A stretch of DNA of 64,000 bases. It comes from Nageia nagi (lineage: Eukaryota; Plantae; Pinophyta). The notes beneath the pieces are model-generated. The model saw only the letters and a list, made by a program, of their open reading frames with translations, did not search any database and had not been told where the DNA came from. Position 1 is the stretch's first letter. Every line of letters starts with the position of its first letter. Shown piece by piece: positions 50,310-63,432 of the stretch. Position numbers and translations under genes: made by a program. Location of the stretch: positions 137,454,001-137,518,000 of the forward strand of contig JBITNC010000001.1 of the NCBI GenBank assembly GCA_050084985.1, in the 5' to 3' direction.

Positions 50310-53300
50310 CTAGTTTTCCTCAGCTGGTCAAGCTCATAGAAGCTTGTTGATCTTGTTTGCTAAAGTAAAAATAAGAAAATGAAGTCATATTTGGCCTTTT
50401 TGACCTCAAAATGTACTTTTTTCCTGAGCCAACTGATTTTTTCCAAACAAATCCTCAAAAAACTGGGATTAATTGGTCTACTTGAGGATTTAAAGATATT
50501 CATTTATGTGTGTGAGTAGACTATAAGACTGAGTTTCATAGAGTAGAAGGTGTTGTTACTTCTAATTGTTTGGGTATTTGAAAAGGATTAGAAGTGATGT
50601 CTATCCTTAGAAGAGACATCCTAATTTCTTAGACAACTTCACATCATCTGAGAAGTTTGTTTGATCTAGAAAGAGGTCGTTTGGAATTTGAGGTAATATT
50701 TTTGCGTTATTTCCTTTTTTTTTTGGACATTATTTCAAGTTGGGAGTTGTAAGGCAAGTCGGTCCAAAATTTTAAATATATTTGGTTTCATCCTCAACGT
50801 CCAGACAATTGAGGATAGGTTGCCTAATTTTAGGAGACTTATTTACCAATTTCAATTGTATTTTCGAAATCATATCAGGAGTATTTCAGTCTTTAAATAG
50901 TTTCAGTGGTATCAACTCACATCTTCAGTTGTATCAGTATTGTGCATTCAAGTTTGAAGGTTTGAAGCATTAACTACAACATTGAGTGTTTGGAAGAGCC
51001 AGACGCACAATTGAAAGTGGTCGTCCAGCCTAGGATACCTTTGTCAATATATTTGACAACGCTCTGATCATAGAAGGATGGGTGTTAGATGAATTGTTTA
51101 AAGAATACAAAAAGAAGTTTGAAGCATTCAGAAGCATGATAACCTTCAAGAATTATTTGGAGATGTATAAGGCAAAAAGTTACCAGGCAATTCTCAAGAA
51201 ATAGGAGGAAAAAAGGAGCTGCTCTTCATGGTTGTCCAAGGCCTTAAATCTTAACATAAAGATGGATCGTACTCCATCACAAAAAAATCTTGCCAACAAA
51301 CATATTGCCTATGAAAGGAATCACGAAAGAGAGGAACAGCCAAATGACACATCAACCATGGAAACATCCCACAACTCACCATTTATGGCATGTCTCAAAG
51401 CTTTGCCAACTTTGGAACCCATTTCATTCATGTAGTCAACAATGAAGAAGAGGACGATGACCAAGGCATGGAAGATAACACCAGTGAAAGATATGAGGAA
51501 CATTCTGATTTTTGTATTTGGGATGACATGGATATCTACAATGAAGGGTGGAAAGAACAATTGCTAGTAACAGCTGAACAAGAGGGGCAAGTTTTGGTAA
51601 AGATAGACAATGCCAAGAATTTGTTGGAAAAACTAATTTGTGGCAAAGAAGCAGTAACAGTTGATGATTTACAAAGGATCATGAATACAATTAAGGAGGT
51701 AGAGACCACCTACTTGTATCTGGCCAGTGATAAGATGTTCATGGAAGAAGTCTTAACGCAGATGAAAGTAAAAATTCATGAGCTCTCCTACGAGCTCAAA
51801 ATTTAAAGAGATGATCAGCTCTTTTAGTTTCAACAATTGGAGGAGCTCGAAGTCATTACTAGGATTATATGAGAAGTCAAAGTTTGCAAAGGATGAGGGC
51901 AAATTGCAGCAAGAAGAACATTTTGCACTCACTAATGAAAAATCATGCCATAAATCAAGAATGACAGCCTTAAAATCCAACTTAAGGCAATTTGATCAAG
52001 GGAAAATCAGTTTGGACATGACATCTAAGGATGACATGAGGAGGGATCTCTCACAGAATAGGCATGCAGTTTACTCACTATTAAGGCATCTAGGCATCGA
52101 TCAATATATTTTGAAGTTATCATAAATGAGGGAGTTTTGCAAAAACAAGTGGAAGCATCTACCATGGAAATCAAGAAAGCATTAAAATGAGATTGCTTTG
52201 GAACTGATTTTGCAAGGGCAGCAGTAAGTATGCTTGAAGGAACATCAACCAACATCTACTATAAGAAAGCATCCAAAAACGTGTTCATCTCCAAGAAAGA
52301 AACCACCGCCATTGGCATAATTGCAGGTATCAAGAATGAACAGCCTTATGGAATCCTCCTACAAACCACCTTGAAGGGTAGCCACCTCATGTTTAATTGC
52401 TTGGGCATGAGAGAATATAGTCAACTAGGGGGAAGATTGAGCTTTGTAGACAACCTTAAAACCCATTGGAGCAAAGAAACCACACAAGATTGCAACAAAA
52501 TGATAGAACAAATTTTTGGACAACCATATAAGGAAGATAATAAAGGTTATGGAGATACTTTGGCATGGTTGTTTGAACTCCAAAGTTTGAGAATGGAAAA
52601 AGATTACTGCTCATTGTCCACCAACCCCCAGATGATGGAGGGATTCAGTCCATGCATAGAATAACCGTAGAATGCAGAAGATTTCCAGGAAGAAGATATG
52701 GTTTATTTACGTCAGCAACCTTACTCTTGGTCACCATCCAAAAGAAGAAAGAAGGAAAAGATGAAGACTCACTTCTATGGTCAATTCAAAATCTCATGTA
52801 AGGAAGAAAAGGATAACTACTAGTTGGAATTACCCCAAATAGTGGGTTCCACAGCACATTCCATGTTTCTTGTCTGTTAAAGACCCTTGAACCCCACATT
52901 AAACCTCTCCAAGACTTACCCCCTAGATACGAGGGAGGAAACCTTATGTGGGTACCCAAAGATATACTTGGCAGTAGAAGGAAACTAAGGAAGAGGGAAG
53001 TTCAGGAAGTCCGAGTTAAGTTGAAGGGTTTACTAGAAGAAGACGCTATTTAGGAGGGATCCAAAGTTACAAAGACAACACAAAAAACACTTAAAGATTT
53101 GCAGACAACACTTGAAGATTAAGATGAACATGGAAAGGAGCAAGAGTTGGCTACCCCACTTGTACTTTTGAATTGCTTGGGGAGATGCAATTTGGGAGAG
53201 GCGGATTTGTAATATTCCAAAATTTAAGCATTCCAAATTTCAACCTATTTTTAAATGGAACGCTTCTCTTCATCGTAAATTTGTAATTTTTGGAATATTT

Positions 53301-55400
53301 TAGCATTTTTGTAATAGTCTGGTGTCGATGGGACACAATAAAATATGAATTTAACCATATGACGATGAATGCCTCATTCTTGGATGCAAAAATTATGAAT
53401 TGAGCATCCCAAGGTGGATATCTTGATTCTAGTAAAACCCATATAGAATCTGGAAAGATTTGAAATAAGAATATGAACAGAAGTAGAGTTTAATCTTTGA
53501 AATTTAGAGTGGAGTTTAAATTCCAGATCTGCATTTAAGAATAAGTATTAAACCCTTCTTCATTATGCATTGAAGATCTAGCAAAACTCATATAGGATCT
53601 GGAGAGATTTGAAATAAGAATATGTTGAGAAGGAGAATTTAATCTCTGAAATTTAAAGTGAAGTTTAAATTCCAGATCTACATATAAGAATATAACTTTG
53701 TTTATTATTTTAGGAAAATTGAATAATAAATACAACTATATTAAAAGTGAATGATGGCTCTAATTTAAATAATATATTATTTAAGAAAATTAAATAATAG
53801 ATTAAAATATAGAAAATGGGTGTGATAAGTATTTATGTAAATTTTAAAAAAAAAAAATGTGTATGTGAATATTAGTGAGAAAGCATTTTAATATTAAATA
53901 TTTTATAAAATATATATGCATGAATTCCATTAAGTGGTTTTCATTGGAGATAATATTTTAAGGATATAGGAAATAATTAAAGGATTTTATTGAATTAATA
54001 TTCTAAGTTTTGTAATAGCTTAAAATATTTAGAAGTTAAGCATTGGCTTTTTGATAAATTTAGAGAAAAAAATAATAATAAATTATACATTTAAGTAATG
54101 AGAATATTACTTAGGGTTTTTTTTTTCTTAATTCTTAAATCAAAATTAATTATATTATTTTAAATGTGAAATAATATAAGTTTTGGATTTTGTCGATTTA
54201 ATAGGATTTTTGATGATGTTTCTAAGGTTTGATAAGATTATTGTTTTACTTATATGATAAACAATCATTCAAATACTTAATTGATATATACTTTTGAATA
54301 TAGTTAGATGTGTATTATAATTCAAAGGGGTTTTTAATAGATAATAAATGACTTACTATTTATAGAGAGTATAAAATAGTAAGTAGTTATTCAACTGAAA
54401 ACTTCTATTGTTATTAAGATTTATAATTTATCTTAATAATAAATTATAAAATATAATCAGTATTAAAGAACTATTTGAATAAGTGGTAATCTTATGATAA
54501 GGAATTTAACCACATAGGCAAATAAGAAGGGAGGTTTTTATTTGTGATTATATGAAATTTACTTAGTTAAGAAAATTTAAAGTAACATGATAGCTTTAAT
54601 ATCTAGATAAGCCTCTTGAGGTGAGGTATCCTATTTTAAGTTAGAAAGTATGGATTGTCTATTTTGATATATATTGTAAGTATGGGAAATGGTCCTAAGT
54701 TATTTATTTTGATTATTGTAAGAATTAAAAGATTCCTTATGAGCATATTGGTATGTAATTAAGATGTGTATTTACATGTAGAATGTTGAGTATTGTTGTT
54801 ATTAAGAATTGGTATTAAGGAGGAGATCTATAAAATAAATGAATATGTTACTAAAGTATAGCTAGACAAGTATGAACTTCATATTACCTAATTAGAAAAT
54901 GAATACGTTACTAAAAACAATGGCTTAAATTGAATGTGGCTTGGATGTAAGTGATAATAAGTAAGTCTTACATTCAGTGATTGTTGATATCCAATTGTTA
55001 CCAAAGATAAATATGCTTCTTGATGAATTATATCTTATGGTTGATTATGAACATCATTTGAAAAGGATGTTTGTGTGTCTTTACTTAGAGATATTTGATA
55101 ATAAGGAAAGTGTAACTCTTTTAGATGCTCTTGTTTATGAGAATTATGCACTTGAATGAGTAGTTTGTTATGACAGTGATTTATCTCATTCTTGTTGATT
55201 GTTACTAATCATTGTTATTCATTGAATGAACCATTAGGGGTAAATGACAATGAGAAAGTTAAACAAGTTAGAATTCTTAATTTTAGTTATTCGTTATGAA
55301 TGCCTTGGTGAGAAAGTTAAAAAATGAGTTAACTATGTTGAAAAGAGGTTTCTTGAAATTATTGATTGATTTAGGTTCCATGGAATTATTGATTGATTTT
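50310..55400 (+). mobile_element. Non-autonomous chromovirus-type gypsy remnant: LTR end, PBS, gag-like start, integrase tail and chromodomain, PPT, AT-rich 3' LTR
   Basis: tttca|g|tggtatca PBS at 50907; ELPQ..FHSTFHVSCL..TL and VPKDILGSRRKLRKREVQEVRVKLKGLLEEDAI at 52820-53060; PPT at 53191-53207; LTR tgtaatattcc from 53208. No RT, RNase H or integrase core seen. Outer limits approximate. Confidence 0.7.
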
Positions 55401-55499
55401 GGCCTAAGAATGCTATCTCCAATATGGGCATCTTTGCTTGTTTAAGAATGCCTTGTCAAGGAAGGGATGGAGTGATTGGATCTATGAATGCTTTGGCCC

Positions 55500-57385
55500 C
55501 AGTTGGAGGTGCCTCACCATGAGTAGGTATGGTTGTTGGCTACATTGAAAGCACGCTACAGTTTCCTTTGTTTACTCTTCACTTTGTGAGTCATCAATAT
55601 ACATATCTCTTACCTTCTTCTTGCCCCCGTGGATTGTTTGATATACCTATTGGGCCATTGGCCATTGATGGACCTTACTTAAGCAAACGAGCCTTTATCA
55701 CTTTTTCATGTTTGTGGGCCCCATTGTTTCCTATGTTTGGTTAATGGCGAGATCTTCTGTCTACTTTGCGATGCAATCACCTAGAAAACACTTATCGTCA
55801 AATGCAAAAGAGGACCGACAACTCATGCTCTTTTGGAGCTATGATTTGGCTTTTTCCATTTGCAACAAAATTCATCATCAATCTTTCAAGATCGATAGCA
55901 TAAATGAACTCCCACTTGTTTTGTTTCTTGCCCCTAGTGTCATCATGTGGTAAGCCCTCTTACTTGTCACCAAACATCATGCTCCTAACAAGATTCCCTT
56001 TTAGCTCCTATCTGCTATTATCGCTAGTTGTTGATCGATTCAATAAATGGTTAGTGTTGCTTTGTCACCAACATCCCTTGTTGATTAGACCAACGCTCAC
56101 CATTCATTTATTGCAAGGTTCTTTTGTCTATTTTGTAATGCAATTGCCCGAACAACACTTACCACTAAATGTAGAAAAAAATTGATAACTTGTGTTCTTT
56201 TGGAATTGTGCCTTGACTTTTCCCATTTGCAACAACACTAATCGTCAATCTTTCACGATCGAGGGCATACATGAACTCCCACTTGTTTCATTTCTTGTCC
56301 CTAGTATCATTAGCCAACATCACATTCTTAATAGGATTTTCTTTTAGCTCCTAACTTCTATTATCGCTAGTCATTAAGCGATTTGATAAACAGCTAACAT
56401 AGAACTACCACCAACATCCCTTGTTCTTTTATTAGACCAACACTCATCATTTGATTTGTTGATATCTACAACACATGTTGTTCAAGTTCTATTCTTGTCT
56501 TCTCTCCTTAAAAATGAATGCTTACTAGTGATCTTTTAAATCAATGATCAATGTTGTTTTCTTTCTTGGTTGCTTGATGTTTACCAATGGTAGTGAAATG
56601 TTCACTATAGAAGGCATCTCCTAGGGTCATTTTATCAATGAATTGATATAGGGAATGTTGTATAGTAAAGTGATTTTTCTCTCTACGATAGCATGCCTAG
56701 CTTTTATGGTAGTGATGGTTGTCAATAATCCATCTCCTATTTACATTAATGATACCTTGATTGAGTTCCAAGGAATATCACAAAGTAAAGTGATTTTTCT
56801 CTCTTCAGATGTAGAGCTCTACAACAGTCTACCTGAGAGATCTCTCAGACCAAGAAATTTATCAGTTCTTTTTTCCAGCCCATCTCAGACTCTACAAGCA
56901 CCAAGGACCCTCTAGACAAAACCACTCAATAGGCTAGTGAGCACAAGTTGGTGCAGCAATGTCTACCTCCACACACAGCTACCAATGTACCCTTGCACAT
57001 CCTTATCTTTCTCTCTACTACAGAAGATCCTTTGGCCTTGGATGTTAGGAGTAATTCCAGGGAGACCTAGCTTGGTCTTCCTACCTCCAAGCAATCATTG
57101 TTGGAGGTGATCAGAACTATCATCCGCCCCTTCACAGCGGTGGATGATGATGTGACCATTTCCACCACCTCAAACTTGTGACATTCCCAAATAGGCTCTT
57201 TCAACATTGTAGAATATTCATTGGCCTCTATTCTGATAATAGACTCTAGTTTGTCTAGCTTTTTATGTCAGTCGTAGGTTTCTCAAATGCTAGAAATTTT
57301 TCTTTTAGATGGATTGTACCTTTGAGTCTCATTGACCTATTTTTTATCACCCGTGGACATTAATATATTTCCTTTCTTTCTCTAT
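55500..57385 (+). mobile_element. Decayed non-LTR retrotransposon 3' portion with an internal ~365-bp tandem duplication (55753-56455)
   Basis: 3' end cattgacctatt...cacccgtggacattaatatatttcctttctttc matches the reverse complement of the ends at ~60690-60745 and ~63435-63500. Confidence 0.6.
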
Positions 57386-57869
57386 TGGAAGCATGCGTTT
57401 TGTTGATAATGTATGTGTCATTCTCCTAAGTATGCTTGTGATGCCTTAACTGGTTTCCATGTGCTTGAGCACTTGGATTTTCATACCGTCCTCCATTTCT
57501 GATTTGATCATGGGGCTTTGTTTGGGTGGGTAACTATCCATGTAAACATTCTCCAAGGTTTTGTTGACTCAAATGCCACACAAGGATGTTGAGATGAATA
57601 TAATTATATTATAAATTTAATAATTCCAAGATATATCATAATCATTTTCCATATTGTCAGTTTTGATCATTTAATACATTTAGCTGTTTTGTGGATTGAG
57701 TGTTTTTTTTTTTTAAATAAATTTCCAAGTTATAGATGAAGTATCACAAAATCAATAAGTTGCAGACAACAATCTATATCCCAAGGAAAAATGACCTCTC
57801 TGAACAAGTATTATGTGACAACAAACAAAGCAATATGTTCAGTGGCATCTAGCAAAACTCTTAACGCAC

Positions 57870-57940
57870 CTGGAACATGATGATATGAAAGATAGATCGA
57901 CAAAAAATATACAAGCCGCCAAGGTAGCCCAAGAACATTA
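57870..57940 (-). CDS. Host gene internal exon (71 bp, predicted transmembrane segment)
   Basis: ctttgcag|TA...CAG|gtgcgt; with the G from the previous exon it reads VMFLGYLGGLYIFCRSIFHIIMFQ, matching the recalled VSFLADLGGLYCISIGIFFYLLVQ. Confidence 0.88.
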
Positions 57941-58096
57941 CTGCAAAGTAGAGTGAACAATTATTAGCATCTTTCACGGCTTGAACCTTTAATCATTCAT
58001 TGTTCCTTTCAGATCTCTTAATAATGTACAAAGAGTTTTATAACTTTAACAATCTTAATAACAAATACTGTACATACATAAATATAAAGTGCTTAC

Positions 58097-58788
58097 CAAC
58101 ACCAAAGTAACTACGATGTGTAGTTTCCACTAGATACTGTGAAAGAACATTGACCTGCAATGCTACCTTTACTCCCTGATTCTTAGCAAAGGAATCTTGC
58201 ATTTCTTTTGTGTTTCCTACATAAGATCCAGATGTAAACATATGAAACATGATTTGCATAAGCTTTTCATCACCTTTACTCTTAAATATTCGAGGAACAA
58301 AGTTCAAACTCATAACATTCCAGTCAGAACCCCGTATTGTTGCAGCTGAAGCAGATTTTCTGCTATAACCTGCAGGAAGAATGGCTGACAAAGTACTCTT
58401 AAGTGTCGTTAAGGTTGTTGCAGAGGCATTTATTTCAAAACCGACTGCTGAAGCAACTAAGCTTGCATTTAGTTGGTCTTGAAATTCCCACATAAATAAG
58501 TATCTATCACTTTCAACAATGCAACCTCTGCAAACAATTCTGAAAAGAGGCCCCTTGGAAGTGTCCACACAAGATGGTTTGCTGAAATCTTCAGCTGTTA
58601 CATTTATCATAATTCCATCATCACTGCTCAAGAAAAGCTTGGTCCCCATAATCTGATTGCACTGAAGCTGGCCTACAGTAGTAACATTAATTTCAATATC
58701 ATTCCTGAACATCTCAATGTCCCTCCTTTTTGCAGGTGTCAGGTATTGAATGGTGAATGTGTCTGATGAAATGGCATTATAAGCTAAA
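58097..58788 (-). CDS. Host gene large exon (692 bp), uncharacterised plant membrane protein similar to Arabidopsis AT5G16520
   Basis: ctgacag|T TTA GCT...GTT G|gtaagc; stop-free 230 codons within ORF 58038-58832. Motifs NDIEINVT, C.DTSKGP...C.GC, ASAVGF, RG...N..SLNFVPRI and LSQYLVE recall that family. Upstream exons were not found in the window. Confidence 0.88.
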
Positions 58789-60241
58789 CTGTCAGGTAAA
58801 GGAAAGTGGGTCAAGAGGGAAGTAAGGAACATTCAGATTCATAACTTTTAAGTAAAGAAAACAAAAGAAATGACCTTACACAAATTTTAGTGAATAAAGA
58901 AATCAAGTGAAAGAATTTCAAGAATGCTCTGATTTCTTAACCAGAAATATGACAAAGTTACTAAAGATTTTATTTCTAACGGTCTTCAACTCTTTCCAAG
59001 AAAAGTATACAATAAAAGGTAAAAAAGTAAAGTCAACATTTAACATCCTTCAAACATATTGCTTTCTAGGACCTATCAAAGGTTTTTAAATATCACCAAT
59101 GTAGGAGGTAGGATTTGAACTTCGGAACTTCAATGTGAGGGCCTTCACACCTCACTTGATCATCCATACTATATAGCACATCAACAATGAAGTAGTCCTA
59201 AGTAACAGACTGAATATGCTCACAATAGATGAAATTTTGACAAAACAAAAATCAATAAGAGACACCTTCTAAGTGTTTATAATATTTTCTGTGATCTATG
59301 ATTGGCCACAAATAGGATGCATAGAGATGCACTAATATGTATAGTTATAAGAGCTAAAATCAAGGCCCCACACAAATGATGCGCCCCAAAGGTGCCTAAA
59401 GAACAATGGAAAGAGATCCTGTCATAAAAGTTGTTGGAAGCTAATGCTGATGAAGACAAAATGCAACTCATGTTTTTGAAGCATACATGTGTCATTTTGC
59501 TCATCCACTTTGATGTTGTGAATGATTTTGTAACAGTAACTGTGCATATTCTTTGTTAGTACAACTAGGCACATATTCTTGTAACTGAAAGGAAGACAAA
59601 ACATCATTCCCAACCCATATTTGTGTGTAGCATAACTAGATTCGGACATAAGAACTGATAAGTTGTAAGTGTGTTATTTTTGCCCTATCATTGCTGTTGT
59701 AATTGAGTAATAAAGATCAATCATCTTGTCCTCATTGCTATGCAAAACTGTTACTCTGTTTATGTTTGTCTATGTCAAATGTAGCTTAGTCTTGCTACAT
59801 AGAATGCCTTCCCGCAAGTTTTATCTCATTGGCACACTTTCACAGAACACCCACAATCTGCTTGTCACATTTCCAGAATGCCCAAGATCTGCTTGTCAAT
59901 CACAAATCACCCGTGATCTATTTCTAGGCACTGTTAAGTCATCTGATTATTGCTGAATGTTGTTTTCGTCCTTCATTGTCACTATTTGGGGTTAAAATCT
60001 CCATATTTCACATTTAATAGTAGAGCCTAGCTGCTCTTAGGGTTGGAGTGAACTTGTATTTGTGATCTTTCTAACCACTTATCACATTCTTGTGTAAGTT
60101 CATTTAAAATAGATTTTATTTATTGTTGATTAAGCATCATGTTCAACAACAATAACTCCCTTCCCATTTCAAAGTTCAATGGGCAAAATTATGACCGATG
60201 GCGCATCAAGATGAGGATGTTGTTAACAAGCAAAGATTTTG

Positions 60242-62719
60242 CTATTTTCTATGAGCACCCATACCTGCCCCTCAAGGCCCCAAATTACTGAACCTGATGT
60301 TTTTAGGAACTTTGGGATGGGTACAAAATGTTCCTATGGAATACCCTAAATTCCTTTTTTTTTTTGTTGGTCCATCCTCATGATGTTTCATGCCTAGGGG
60401 ACCCCAACCGAATATGTCCCCCTTTTGAGGATGTCTAAGGGGACTTCCAAGCATCCCAGAGACTCCTAGCCATCCTCGAGACATCCCAAAGACTCTTGGC
60501 CATCCCCAAGACACCCTAGAGACTCCTAGCTGTCCCTGAAACTTCTAGTCTTTGTTAATTTTTTAAAATGAAATTTCTTTTACTTCTTAGTTTCTTACAA
60601 CCACTAAAACTACTAGTTCACTTTCATAAACCTATAGTTTCTTAGTTGTGATATAAAGTGACCAAAAAAATTTGAAGTCTTATAGTGGATAAGAAAGAAA
60701 GAAAATATATTAATGTTTGCAGGTGACCAAAAGTAGTCATTGGGATTAAAGAATACAAGCATGATATAAAAACAAGTAGGGCCCTCAAAGGCGCTTCCCT
60801 AAAAACCAAGTGAGAAAAGACAACAACAACTAAGTTGAATACAATGAAAGGGTCGAAACCGTGTAAGACAAAGATACAATAGGATAAATCACAATCCAAG
60901 GCGGGTCAAAAAACCAAACCCCCCTCAACCTCATTGGGGCAGAGAGTGGGGGCACTCACGTTTGTGTGGTCTGATGGGGGCTCATCAACCCTCATGGTTG
61001 AATCTACGATGGCACTGCTAGAAGAGAAATAGGATAAGATCTGTCGAGCCCTCAAGAGGTCTTGAGAGTCATGCAAGCGTCGTTGAGCACAACGTGTGGG
61101 ACGAGGGCAATCCTCTCTCTCCCTCTTACGGACTCTCTCCACCAAGAAGGCCCGAAAGGAGGTAATACAACAGACACATGTCAGGTACTAAGTGAGAAAA
61201 AAGACACTTCCAAAAGAAAAAGGTCTCTCTGATGTAGAGGGCGATGCATTGTTGATCAAAGTACTAGAAGAAGGTGGTCAACGAGTTGTGAGAATCATGG
61301 AAAAGACAATGGTATTGGCCCTGTAACTCATAATAAACCGAACAACAGAAGACGAAGTGCTCCTCAGACTCTGTCTCCATTGAGCATAGACATCAAGATG
61401 GTGTTTTGTCTCAATCCTCAACTGATGTAAGCAAACTCAAAAATTGTCCAAGGAAAATCCTCAACCCAAGTGGCAAGTGTATTCTGATGTAAGCAGGAGG
61501 AAGGATCAACCCTCTGTCTAATTGGAGGTAGTACTAAGAGTAGTGGGCCACTTTGGGTGAGAGGGGTTGTGAGGCCACCCAAGTGGTTTGGATGAAGGAC
61601 CTATATAGCATCTCTCAAGTGAGTGTCAATGAATCATCTAAGGAACCAAGTGCATCTCCATTTGGCTTCACGAGTTTGTCCAAACAAAAGCCAAAACGTT
61701 ACACCACCTTCGAGGCCTCTGAATACCAGCACCAACAACATCCTTATGCTACTAGGTCCCTCACAAAAGTGAAGTCCCGACATGGAAGTCCATTTGTGCC
61801 ACCGTAGCGACCTGCTAGACTAAGGAGACAACAAACAAATAGGACCAATGAAACAATCGCCCACACCCAAAGGGGTTGGCAATCAAACTCTGCAAGCATG
61901 ATAATGTGGAGAACAATCCCCTTGCTCCAAATGGAGTGAGATAATGTGTTGATTTGTATCCTCTCTATAGTCGTCCAATGGGCAAATCTCAAACTAAGTC
62001 CCCAAACCTTTGCACGATAGAGCACTGTATGTATGACTAGGGTCTAAAAAAGTTGAAGCTTGGATTGTATAGCCAGAAAATGGAGTTGAATACATTGTCT
62101 CTCAAGGGAAGAGATTGTTGTGTAGCTACTGCAAATTCTAGGTGAGGTTGTTGCTCTCATGGAGAAGTTTGGCCCGCAAAGAGCATTCCCAAGTAAGTGT
62201 AGGAGGAGATGATCTCAAACACTATCACGGAAGGTGAATTGGGATTGATCTATCAAGCTCCTAAAGGTATTGAACACCAAAACCTTATTCTTGCCCAGGT
62301 TTGCCACTAATTCCTATCTAGCACTGAAGGAATACATGGCATCTAACAAGCATTGTAGACCTTCTATTGTGTGAGAATGCAATTCTATATCATCAATAAA
62401 GAGGAGAATAGAAATCCAACTACTAAGAAAAACTTCCATAAGATTGTTGGTAAAGAAAAAAAAATCAGCTAAAAAAAGAAAGGTGTATCTTAATAGTTAA
62501 AAATATATTTAATTTTTAAAATTGTATTTAATATTTTAAAATATATTTAAATGATTCATTTCATAAGAATATTTAAAAATCAGAAATCTGTATTATATTT
62601 TAATATTTTCATCTCCTTGCCATTCCTATTCAAACCAAAAATTTGGCCAATTCCCAACTGTCCCTAAAATGCATCTCCTTGATCCCAATTGTCCTTATGT
62701 CAAAAACTCTGGAACATTG
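60242..62719. mobile_element. Probable MITE/non-autonomous DNA element inside the Copia gag, itself interrupted by a LINE
   Basis: Right end ...ctctggaacattg resembles the CAATGTT TIR of 23944-24540; Ygtccc subterminal repeats on both sides; left TIR and TSD degenerate. Confidence 0.5.
60688..62420 (-). mobile_element. 5'-truncated non-LTR retrotransposon (RT C-terminal region plus 3' UTR)
   Basis: VLYRAKVWG...WTTIERIQ...IMLAEFDCQPL; the 3' end ttaatatattttctttctttc is shared with two other copies. Confidence 0.7.
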
Positions 62720-63432
62720 AATCTTTAAGTTATTGTTGAGTCTAGTTATGTAGAGGTAGCTGATTGAAACACTATCCCTCGAAATGGCATACAAGTAAAG
62801 GAGGAGGCCAAGAAGAAGAATTCTTGGTTTTGTACCACATTCAATCACCTCTATACAAGAGCTTGTTTCCAAGGATAACAAATGCAAAGTCAGCCCAAGA
62901 TCCTCGGAAGGCTCTACAAGAAGCTTACCAAGGAATTGACCAAATGAAAGTGATCAAGTTGCAGGCCTTGAAGAGAGAGTTTGAGAATCTAAAAGTGTGA
63001 ATATTATGTTCGAGCTAAGGATGTGGTTAACAAAATAGCCACTCTTGGAGAGAGAATGGTGAAAGAGGTTGTTGTCAAGTAAGTGTTAAGGATTCTGACA
63101 CCAAGATGGAACCATATTACCATCATCATTGAAGAAAGCAAATATTTGACAACATTAGAGTTTGTTGGTTCTCTTATGTCTCATAAAGAGAGATTAAGAG
63201 ATACTTTTGGTGAGGCTAATGAAGGCTTTTTCCTCTAAGGTAAGATTCTCAAGAAGTGAAGGTGCTAGTGTAAACACCCAAGGGCAAGAACAAGGAAGAA
63301 ATAAAAATTCTTCTAGAGGAAGAGGAGTTGTTGATAACGGAAGAGGAAGAACTGATAAGAGGAATGCCCAATGCTACCATTGCAAGAATTATGGTTTTGA
63401 AAGAGAATGTTGAGTGAAAGTTGCCCATGAAG

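Larger units (their letters stand above)
59511..63420 (+). mobile_element. gag: Truncated Ty1/copia element whose gag (60139-60240 plus 62730-63413) is split by nested insertions
   Basis: SKFNGQNYDRWRIKMRMLLTSKD resumes as IVESSYVE...KLQALKREFENLKV...AQCYHCKNYG; related to 26297-27180; LTR limits approximate. Confidence 0.8.

Noticed and set aside
53700-55000. Very AT-rich tract as organellar insertion or origin-like region
   Set aside because: It follows a PPT and TG start, so it is best explained as a decayed LTR; no organellar gene motifs seen.
27565-57869. Orientation bias of intronic TEs against the host gene
   Set aside because: Both orientations occur and the sample is too small.
58789-58832. 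Start codon of the 264-aa ORF as the true gene start
   Set aside because: This stretch is a polypyrimidine tract and AG acceptor; family similarity starts at 58788, and the ORF tail below 58097 is intron read-through.
59277-59504. Hydrophobic ORF as the upstream exon of the host gene
   Set aside because: No resemblance to the expected KRKTELGG..SW segment and no suitable donor site in the right phase.
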